From positions 14,133-46,132 of the forward strand of contig NZ_JAHHUL010000007.1 of assembly GCF_019008365.1 (NCBI RefSeq): 32,000 nucleotides of DNA, in the 5' to 3' direction. The position numbers and the translations under genes are program-made. Below are positions 23,110 through 32,000 of the stretch, piece by piece. This DNA is from Phosphitispora fastidiosa. Lineage in GTDB: Bacteria > Bacillota > Thermincolia > Thermincolales > UBA2595. Position 1 is the first letter of the stretch, and every line of letters starts with the position of its first letter. The notes below the pieces were generated by a model. The model made no database searches and was not told where the DNA came from. It was given only the letters and a program-made list of their open reading frames with translations.

Positions 23110-24408
23110 ATGAAAAATCTCCGGTGGGTTATGGTAATTGGTGTCTGTTTAATAGGTTTTCTAGCCTATATTGACCGTGTTAATCTCTCTGTCGCAGCGG
23201 CGCCCATTATGAAAGAATATAATTTTTCAGCTACTCAAATGGGATTAATTCTGGGCGCAATGTTTCCCGGTTACTTGATATTTAATGTTATTGGCGGGGC
23301 TATCATGGACCGTTTCGCCCCGACAAAATTTCTAATGTTTGCAATTGCTGTATGGTCACTTTCAACTGCGTGGTTCACCCAGATAACCAGTTTTGGTTTA
23401 TTTTACCTCAGCAGGTTTATTTTTGGGTCTGCCGAAGGATTTATGCCTGTTTATAACACTAAGATTATATCTAACTGGATGCTCCCTAACGAGCGTGGTA
23501 GGTCCCAGGCCTCGTGGATTGCTGCCACTCTGATTGGGATGGCAATTGGGGCACCGGTTTCCGGGCTTATGATCAAGGCATATGGCTGGCGCACTTTGTT
23601 TTATATCTTCACTGCCTTTGGTTTTGTTATCATTGCTGTCCTTCTTACAGTAATGAAAGACAGTCCGAAGGAACACCGGCGTATTTCGCGGGAAGAATTA
23701 GAAATGATCGAATCTACCCTGGAAAAAGAAAGATTGAATAAGGCTCATACTGCCGGTGAAGTAGCTACCAGGGCGGAAATATTCGGCCTGTTAAAGGATC
23801 CTTACCTTTGGCTTATTTCGATAGGGTATTTTACAGCAATATCAATGTGGTGGGCTAACCTGACATGGCTTCCCGGCTACCTGGTTAGCGAAAAAGGTTT
23901 CACGGTACTAAAATCCGGCTACTTATCAGCTTTTCCTTTCTTGATGGGTGCTATTGGCCTGATGTGCGGAGGGTTTATCACTGACCACTTTTTAAAGGGC
24001 CGGCGAATACCTTTAATATTCTTATTTCAGTTATTGTCCCCACCTTTGGTGATGGTGGCTATTGGCAGCTCTAATAACGCAATTATGGTTACGGCCTTTG
24101 CAATTTCCATGTTCTTTACCTGTGGAGCGGTAGGGCAATGGTGGCCGCTGCCTATGGAGCTTTTTTCCCGTAAGTTGTCGGCTACAGCCGGGGGCATCAT
24201 GAGCGGCATTGGCACTGTAGGCGCTATTATCGCTCCGGTTATGTTAGGGTATGTTTTTGACGCAACAAAATCCTTTTACTGGGGTTTTGGAATCATTGCT
24301 TTAGTTACCTTTGTCGGAAGTTTTATTTCACTGGCGATTTCCGGGCACGAAAAAATGCTGCAGCAGAAAAATGCAGAGGGAAAAGGATTTCCCCAATCAG
24401 CAGCATAG
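23110..24408 (+). CDS. MFS transporter (anion:cation symporter-like)
   Basis: SD AAGGAGGG is present. The protein has about 12 hydrophobic segments, an N-terminal FLAYIDRVNLSVAAAPI motif, and a GGAIMDRF loop 2-3 motif. Size is 432 aa. Confidence 0.85.
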   Translation: MKNLRWVMVIGVCLIGFLAYIDRVNLSVAAAPIMKEYNFSATQMGLILGAMFPGYLIFNVIGGAIMDRFAPTKFLMFAIAVWSLSTAWFTQITSFGLFYLSRFIFGSAEGFMPVYNTKIISNWMLPNERGRSQASWIAATLIGMAIGAPVSGLMIKAYGWRTLFYIFTAFGFVIIAVLLTVMKDSPKEHRRISREELEMIESTLEKERLNKAHTAGEVATRAEIFGLLKDPYLWLISIGYFTAISMWWANLTWLPGYLVSEKGFTVLKSGYLSAFPFLMGAIGLMCGGFITDHFLKGRRIPLIFLFQLLSPPLVMVAIGSSNNAIMVTAFAISMFFTCGAVGQWWPLPMELFSRKLSATAGGIMSGIGTVGAIIAPVMLGYVFDATKSFYWGFGIIALVTFVGSFISLAISGHEKMLQQKNAEGKGFPQSAA

Positions 24409-24455
24409 GCTATATTCAGACATACTTTAAGATCCAGTAGTATTCATGAGGGGCG

Positions 24456-25247
24456 GTGAAAAAATTGGATGGTGCGACAATTCATAGGTTACTTAATGAG
24501 TATTTAAAATTGCGAACTCCTGCCCTTGCTTTTAAGGTGTTTGAGAGCGAACAGGAATTAGCTAAGATAAAAGGAGTCAGAAAACCTCACTGGCAAGGGA
24601 CAATGTGCCAATTGCTAACCGCATCCAGAACTTATGGTTGGACTTTGGGGTTTACCAAAGCTGACCTGGGAGTACCTAACTGTGCGGCGGTAATTGGCCT
24701 GTGTGAAATGCCACCGGGAGCATTGCAGGGGGAAATGCTGCATGAAGTTTGGTTTGAGACCGTTGAGGATGCTAAAAAGCATATGGACCAAATGCCCCGG
24801 ATAAAACCAGGGAGATACTCTGCTGCGGCAATCTCTCCTTTAGTTAAAGAGCGTTTCGACCCCGATATTATTCTTGTCTATGGGACCCCCGCCCAAATGA
24901 TAAGATTGATAGCCGGATTACAATGGAACAAGTATGAGCGTATGACTTTTTACGCGGTAGGAGAAACAGCCTGTGCTGATTCTATTGCGCAATGTTACTT
25001 AAGTCAAAAGCCGTCGCTGGCAATCCCTTGTTTTGGTGAACGAAGGTTTGGCGGGGTAATGGAGGATGAATTAGTAATAGCCCTTCCAAAGCACTATATT
25101 GCGAAACTTATGGAAGGACTTGAAAGAACCGAGCGGTCGGGGATAAGATACCCGATACCGTTTTATGGAGTAACTGTTGATCCTGGACCGGGAATGCCGC
25201 CAAAGTACCAGTCATATCTTAATCGACACAGAACAGAGCCTAAATAA
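24456..25247 (+). CDS. DUF169 domain protein (function unknown)
   Basis: GTG start follows GAGGGG. At about 260 aa it has the DUF169-like pattern LKLRTPALAFKVF...MCQLLTASR...NCAAVIGL, recognised from memory and not searched. Confidence 0.55.
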   Translation: MKKLDGATIHRLLNEYLKLRTPALAFKVFESEQELAKIKGVRKPHWQGTMCQLLTASRTYGWTLGFTKADLGVPNCAAVIGLCEMPPGALQGEMLHEVWFETVEDAKKHMDQMPRIKPGRYSAAAISPLVKERFDPDIILVYGTPAQMIRLIAGLQWNKYERMTFYAVGETACADSIAQCYLSQKPSLAIPCFGERRFGGVMEDELVIALPKHYIAKLMEGLERTERSGIRYPIPFYGVTVDPGPGMPPKYQSYLNRHRTEPK

Positions 25248-25272
25248 TCCCAATGCTGAGGTAGCAAGCCTA

Positions 25273-25309
25273 CATTCAGTTTCATGCTAAATACGCATGG
25301 AACTGAATG
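25273..25309 (+). other. Strong intra-operon RNA hairpin
   Basis: CATTCAGTTTCATGC (25273-25287), a 7-nt loop, then GCATGGAACTGAATG (25295-25309). The stem is 15 bp including one G-U pair, and no T-tract follows. Confidence 0.6.
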
Positions 25310-25472
25310 CGGGGATTATTAAAATTTGGAGAAACACTGCGATAATAGGGAGGAACTACGCCGTATTGGTCTGGTGAACAAGTTTGTATCGCATGAGAAA
25401 TTAAATAAAACTGTTACCAGAAGCCGGTGTTTCAGGGTAAGTAGTATAAAAATTATCAGAGAGGTGATTTTT

Positions 25473-26672
25473 ATGTCCAAAAAAGTAGGTATTGTAGGAG
25501 CAGGGGTGACACCGTTCAAAGGCAAATGGGTTGAAAAGACATATTACGAATTGGCACAGATGGCCACAGCCAATACACTTAAGGATGCCGGTATGTCGAT
25601 TAATGATATTGACGGTGTAATTTACGGGATCTACAACGATATTTTCGAGCGGACCTGCATCCCGGAACACCCGTTGCAGGGGATTATCGGTCTGCAAAAT
25701 AAGTTTGGGATGCGTGTTTCCTGCGGCGGCGCCACTGGCGCATATGCTATATCGGCTGCTCACGCTTATGTGGCTTCCGGAAGGTTTAAAGCTCTATTAG
25801 TGCTTGGGGTTGAAAAGGCCACGGATTGCTTTGATTTCCAGTCTATGTCGGCCACCCCGGAGGTCATTAAGACAATTGGCTGGTCAGGGGACAGCTTTTT
25901 CGAGCAGAAACTGGGCTGGACGGCGGCGGACAGTTATGCAGAAGTAGTTTTGGCTTACAAGGACGAGTATCCAAATGATTTGAAACCTGAAGTAACTGCC
26001 CGTATATCGGCCCAATTGAGCGAACAGGTTAGGACGAACGAATTTGCTCAGCGGCAGTTTGACCAGGTAACCCCGGAGGAAGTAATGAACTCAAGAATAG
26101 TAGTCCACCCCTTCAAGGAACTTGAAGTTTGTGTATACTCCGAAGGGGCCGCCGGTGTGATTGTAGCTGAAGAAAAGACTGCCGAGGCAATCGCCAGAAA
26201 CATGGGCCAGCCGGTGATCTGGGTCACTGGGATGGGTGAATCAAATGAACACTCCTTCGCCGGTAAGAACCAAAAGGTGATGCCCCGCATCATGTCTGAT
26301 CACATCGCGGCCCAAAGGGCTTATGAGATGGCGGGCATCAAAGATCCCCTGGCAGAAATTGATATAGTGGAAGTCCATGACGCCTTTGTCCCTCAATTGG
26401 CAATTACCCTTGCCGAGATGGGATTTGTCCCGATAGGAAATGCCAATGCCTTAATTGAAGACGGAATCATGCTCCCGGGAGGCAAGCTGCTGGTCAACCC
26501 CTGCGGTGGGCTAATATATTGCGGTCATGCCGTCGGCGCCAGTAACATTATGTCCGTCTGGTCCGCCAGGCGGGAGCTGATCAAGCGCGGTATGCGCAAG
26601 GCTGCGGTGCATGGGACAGGGAGCACAATAGCCCAGTACGGTGTAGTGACTATCCTGGAGAACCAGGGATAA
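25473..26672 (+). CDS. Thiolase-like protein, SCPx/nonspecific-lipid-transfer-type (DUF35-partnered)
   Basis: ATG 25473 follows GAGAGGTGA; the 49 upstream codons in the ORF track lack an SD. Motifs are KVGIVGAGVTPF, SCGGATGAYAI (nucleophile Cys region), VEVHDAF and NPCGGLIYCGHAVGASN. Size is 399 aa. Confidence 0.82.
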   Translation: MSKKVGIVGAGVTPFKGKWVEKTYYELAQMATANTLKDAGMSINDIDGVIYGIYNDIFERTCIPEHPLQGIIGLQNKFGMRVSCGGATGAYAISAAHAYVASGRFKALLVLGVEKATDCFDFQSMSATPEVIKTIGWSGDSFFEQKLGWTAADSYAEVVLAYKDEYPNDLKPEVTARISAQLSEQVRTNEFAQRQFDQVTPEEVMNSRIVVHPFKELEVCVYSEGAAGVIVAEEKTAEAIARNMGQPVIWVTGMGESNEHSFAGKNQKVMPRIMSDHIAAQRAYEMAGIKDPLAEIDIVEVHDAFVPQLAITLAEMGFVPIGNANALIEDGIMLPGGKLLVNPCGGLIYCGHAVGASNIMSVWSARRELIKRGMRKAAVHGTGSTIAQYGVVTILENQG

Positions 26673-26691
26673 TAAAGGGGAGGGAAAGAAT

Positions 26692-27678
26692 GTGAATAAT
26701 AGAGTTATCTCTTTAGACATGATACCGGAAGTGGGGACCGAGAAAGTGTCCCAAGACAACCAGGATTACCTGATTGTAAATGATGCTATGTTTACGTTCT
26801 ACAAACGTTCGATGGGGGAGTTATCAGCTTTCTTCCTGGCTTTACGGGATGAGAAAAAGATCCTGGGCACTAGATGCCCCAAGTGCGGGATGGTTCGTGT
26901 ACCGGTAATCATGACCCGCTGTCCGGACTGCGATTTTGTAGAGATGGAAACCATAGAGGCCGCAGATATGGGCGTAATGCTCTCAACTCCCCCGATCACT
27001 TACTTCGCCAACGCCCTCTTCCAAAAGCAGGTTCCCTTTGGGCGCGGCCGGTTGGTATTGGATGGCGCTGACACCGCTGTATCCGTTAACTTCTATACAA
27101 CCAAAGGCATCCTGGTTCCTGGCATCGTCACCAAAGGCACTAGGATGAAGGTAGTATGGCGCGATAACCGCGAAGGGGCCATCACTGACTTTTTCTGTGT
27201 CCCCGCCTCAGAGCTAACCCCCGAGCAGGTCGCCAAAAAGGGTCTGCTAGAGTCCGAAATAGACTGGGACACTGTTGTTGAGCCGGAGCTCCCCACCGCT
27301 ACCGCCGCAGATGGGGACAGTTTTAAAGCTGCCCTAGCTGAACTGAGACAGGTCGCCGAAGAGATGAATACCTGCGAGCGGGCGCAAAAGGATATTGCCA
27401 ACTGGTACAGGGATGTGCTAGTGAAAACAACCGGGGGCAGCTTCTCCATCAGCATTAGGGACGGTGTTTTTGAAATCAAAGAGGAGATACCCGCCTCCCC
27501 TGATTTCACGATGGTGCTGGCAGATCCCGCAACCCTCGTTAACGGGATTACCTACCGCGGCTCCTTAACCCAGGCGATCATGTCCAAAGACCTTTGGATC
27601 AGTAAAAATGCAGAATTCACCACCATTTTCAAGCTTGAGCGGATGGCTCGTTCCCTGGCCCGCAGCAAGAAGAGCTAG
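26692..27678 (+). CDS. DUF35 (zinc-ribbon + OB-fold) protein fused to a C-terminal SCP2 sterol-carrier-like domain
   Basis: GTG start follows GGGGAGGGAAAG. The Cys4 ribbon is CPKCG...CPDCD, followed by an OB-fold-type segment (GRGRLVLDGADTAVSVNFY...GTRMKVVW). The C-terminus DFTMVLADPATLVNGITYRGSLTQAIMSKDLWISKNAEFTTIFKLERM parallels [45 protein letters not shown] of SCP2, recalled from memory. Confidence 0.75.
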   Translation: MNNRVISLDMIPEVGTEKVSQDNQDYLIVNDAMFTFYKRSMGELSAFFLALRDEKKILGTRCPKCGMVRVPVIMTRCPDCDFVEMETIEAADMGVMLSTPPITYFANALFQKQVPFGRGRLVLDGADTAVSVNFYTTKGILVPGIVTKGTRMKVVWRDNREGAITDFFCVPASELTPEQVAKKGLLESEIDWDTVVEPELPTATAADGDSFKAALAELRQVAEEMNTCERAQKDIANWYRDVLVKTTGGSFSISIRDGVFEIKEEIPASPDFTMVLADPATLVNGITYRGSLTQAIMSKDLWISKNAEFTTIFKLERMARSLARSKKS

Positions 27679-27725
27679 CAGCCGACTGCATATTAATTCT
27701 GCTGTTTAAAGGAGGCTGAAATGAA

Positions 27726-29681
<1,956 letters not shown>

Positions 29682-29709
29682 CCTGCCCGCGGAAAGAGAG
29701 GAACCCATA

Positions 29710-30489
29710 GTGAAAACAAAGTCGGTAATTTGCGACATTAATGATGGGATAGCGGTAATCACTATTAATAATCCGCCCGTTAATGCCCTAAGTAAACCGG
29801 TTATGACTGAACTTAATATATTTTTGGATGGGATCTTAGCTAGCAGCTCTATACAGGTAGTAATAATCACCGGCTTTGGCGAGAGGGCTTTTGTGGCCGG
29901 GGCCGATATTAATCAATTTCTAACTCTGGATTCCTTATCTGGAAGGGACTGGGTACTTGATGGGCAAAAAATAATTTCTAAGATAACAACTCTGAGCCAG
30001 CCGGTAATTGCAGCTATCAATGGGCCTTCTCTGGGGGGAGGTTGTGAGTTAGTCCTGGCTTGTGATATCAGGATCGCCAGTGAAAACGCTTTTATCGGGC
30101 TGCCGGAGGTAAACCTGGGAGTCATACCGGGATATGGCGGAACACAACGGTTGCCCAGATTAATAGGTCAGGGCCGGGCGATGGCAATGATTTTAACGGG
30201 TGACCCGGTTAAAGCGGAAGAAGCCTTGCACATCGGGTTGGTTGAAAAGCTGGTTCCGGCGGGGCAGGCGCTTGCAGAGGCCATGATAGTAGCAAAAAGG
30301 ATAATGACTAGGGGACCTTTGGCTGTAAGGGCTGCCAAAAAGGCAATCGACGGAGGCTTGGAAACTACATTGGAAAAAGGGCTGTTATTGGAAGCAGAGC
30401 TTTTTAGCGCTATCTGCGGTACAGAGGACCAAAAGGAAGGAGCCAAGGCGTTTCTTTCTAAGCGACCGCCCGTCTTTAAAGGCAGGTAA
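29710..30489 (+). CDS. Enoyl-CoA hydratase/isomerase (crotonase family)
   Basis: GTG start follows AGAGAGGAA. Crotonase motifs are FVAGADI, AAINGPSLGGGCELVLACDIRIA, GLPEVNLGVIPGYGGTQRL and EGAKAFLSKRPPVF. Confidence 0.9.
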   Translation: MKTKSVICDINDGIAVITINNPPVNALSKPVMTELNIFLDGILASSSIQVVIITGFGERAFVAGADINQFLTLDSLSGRDWVLDGQKIISKITTLSQPVIAAINGPSLGGGCELVLACDIRIASENAFIGLPEVNLGVIPGYGGTQRLPRLIGQGRAMAMILTGDPVKAEEALHIGLVEKLVPAGQALAEAMIVAKRIMTRGPLAVRAAKKAIDGGLETTLEKGLLLEAELFSAICGTEDQKEGAKAFLSKRPPVFKGR

Positions 30490-30529
30490 GCCAATGCTGA
30501 TAGATTATAGGTGTAAGGAGTAGAGCATA

Positions 30530-31705
30530 ATGGAGGATGTATTAATTTTATCAGGCAGTCGAACACCGATTGGGGATTTTGGTGGCGCCTTCAAAGAACT
30601 GCTGCCTAATGAACTGGCCCTGTATCCCGTAAAAGAGGCTGTGGCCAGAGCAGGAGTAAATAAAAGCGAATTTGACGAGGTCATCCTGGGGAACTGTATT
30701 CAAAGGACAGATGAGCCTAATGTTGCCAGAGTAGTATTATTAAAAGCCGGTTTCCCGAAAGAAGTGACAGGGTATACTATTCAAAGGCAGTGCAGTTCAG
30801 GTATGCAGGCAATTGTATCGGGAATTCAACAGATCCGGTTAGGTGATTCAGACCTGGTGGCAGCCGGCGGGGTGGAGTGTATGAGTTCTTCCCCATATTC
30901 CCTAAAAAATGCCCGCTGGGGCCAGCGCCTGCAACATGGGGAAGTGCGGGACTCTGTTTGGGAAGTGTTATGTGACCCCACAAATCATATCATGATGGGA
31001 CAAACGGCGGAAAATTTGGCTATAAAATATGATATAACCAGAGAAGAGCAGGACGCCATAGCCCTGAGAAGCCATCAGAAAGCCATAGCAGCAATCAAAA
31101 GCGGTCGGTTTAAAGACGAGGTTGTGCCGGTGACTATTACCGTGAAAAAAAATGGAAGAGTGATAGATACGGATGAACGTCCAAAAGATGGTTTGTCTAT
31201 GGCAGACCTAGCTAAATTACGACCGGCCTTTTGCGAAAACGGCACCGTGACAGCAGGCAACAGCTCCGGCATAAATGATGGCGCCGCCGCAGTGGTATTA
31301 GCTTCGGAGCGAAAGGTCAGGGAATTGAATGCCAAGCCCCTGGCTAGAATAGTGTCATACGCCGTAGCCGGGGTCGAGCCTGAATTGATGGGCTATGGGC
31401 CGGTACCTGCTGTGAAAAAAGCACTCCAAAAAGCCAACCTGACTATAGGTGATATAGATTTGTGGGAAGTTAACGAGGCCTTCGCAGCCCAATACCTGGC
31501 TGTGGAAAAAATGCTGGGCTTAAATCGGTCTGTCGTCAATGTTAATGGTAGCGGGGTGGGCCTTGGACATCCCATAGGCTGTACAGGGGCCCGCATAGTG
31601 GTAACTCTTCTTTATGAGCTGAAGCGTAGAAATTTACGGTATGGCCTGGCGACACTTTGTGTTGGTGGCGGGATGGGTAAAGCTATAATTATTGAAGCGG
31701 TCTAG
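30530..31705 (+). CDS. Acetyl-CoA C-acetyltransferase (thiolase II)
   Basis: SD AAGGAG is present. Motifs are RTPIGDFGG, QRQCSSGMQA (nucleophile Cys), NVNGSGVGLGHPIGCTGAR and CVGGGMGKA. Size is 391 aa. Confidence 0.93.
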   Translation: MEDVLILSGSRTPIGDFGGAFKELLPNELALYPVKEAVARAGVNKSEFDEVILGNCIQRTDEPNVARVVLLKAGFPKEVTGYTIQRQCSSGMQAIVSGIQQIRLGDSDLVAAGGVECMSSSPYSLKNARWGQRLQHGEVRDSVWEVLCDPTNHIMMGQTAENLAIKYDITREEQDAIALRSHQKAIAAIKSGRFKDEVVPVTITVKKNGRVIDTDERPKDGLSMADLAKLRPAFCENGTVTAGNSSGINDGAAAVVLASERKVRELNAKPLARIVSYAVAGVEPELMGYGPVPAVKKALQKANLTIGDIDLWEVNEAFAAQYLAVEKMLGLNRSVVNVNGSGVGLGHPIGCTGARIVVTLLYELKRRNLRYGLATLCVGGGMGKAIIIEAV

Positions 31706-32000
31706 GAGTCTGTCCGAGAATTAATGAAGAATCCAATATATGGTAATAGACGGGAAGGGGTTTTGGTGACTTATGTAGAAATATATAAGCATGAGTAAAA
31801 AGTATAAAGACTATAATCAAAATTCTACTATATGCTTACGTTACTGGTGTTTATTCGTCGAGAAAGATTTCGAGTGAGACTTTCCCGATAAAACGGACAC
31901 TGTAGAGTTAGCTATTCTCCTAAAATCTCACAATTGCTTGAATTTACGTATTTCCCCTAATTTTTATAGGTAAACCGGCGATGCCATAAAGTGGCATCGC

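Noticed and set aside
25326-25340. Possible second sigma-54 promoter, TTGGAGAAACACTGC, ahead of the thiolase-like gene
   Set aside because: The GG to GC spacing is one nucleotide short (GG-N9-GC). Sigma-54 promoters tolerate no spacing change, and the -24 element is also degenerate.
25326-25472. 49-codon N-terminal extension of the thiolase-like ORF
   Set aside because: There is no SD at 25326, and the sequence is not thiolase-like. The canonical thiolase N-terminus (KVGIVGAGVTPF) starts at ATG 25473, behind GAGAGGTGA.
31791-31877. 28-codon ORF (MSKKYKDYNQNSTICLRYWCLFVEKDFE) whose first 12 residues resemble the N-terminus of IS1182-type transposases. A nearby 9-bp hairpin, GCGATGCCA/TGGCATCGC, lies at 31978-32000 on the window edge.
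   Set aside because: The ORF is too short and the similarity fades after DYNQN. No terminal inverted repeats or continuing frame are visible. The hairpin is cut by the window edge, so nothing can be concluded.

Overview
The window looks like a spore-forming, sigma-54-using Firmicute, possibly Peptococcaceae/Desulfotomaculum-like; that assignment is inferred from gene content and synteny only. Almost all genes are on the + strand.

Left half:
- a 5'-truncated Nox/CoADR-type flavoprotein
- tRNA-Leu(CAA) on the minus strand
- a canonical Cam-class gamma-carbonic anhydrase lipoprotein
- an ECF sigma / zf-HC2 anti-sigma (DUF4349) pair
- the conserved housekeeping block polA-mutM-ytaF-coaE, followed by a lytic transglycosylase

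Best candidate for an undescribed system: the polA-mutM-ytaF-coaE block is interrupted between ytaF and coaE by a low-GC, self-terminated three-gene cassette. It encodes a long-form DUF488, a short-form DUF488 and an orphan 221-aa protein. The cassette is flanked by an 11-bp direct repeat that duplicates the coaE Shine-Dalgarno region, and it is preceded by a GC-rich rod-like hairpin.

Middle:
- an AcoR-like sigma-54 activator
- a convergent DxDxDG calcium-binding-type protein
- an LpdD-like prenyl-flavin chaperone plus UbiD-family decarboxylase pair, behind tandem 20-bp direct repeats

Right third:
- a second, very low-GC sigma-54 activator on the minus strand
- a decayed group II intron 3' remnant (domains V-VI)
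- a perfect -24/-12 promoter
- an eight-gene operon: PaaK-like ligase, MFS, DUF169, SCPx-type thiolase-like protein, DUF35-SCP2 fusion, acetoacetyl-CoA-synthetase-type ligase, crotonase and thiolase

No CRISPR array, rRNA or intact mobile element was seen. All family calls come from motif recognition by eye and memory; no searches were run.
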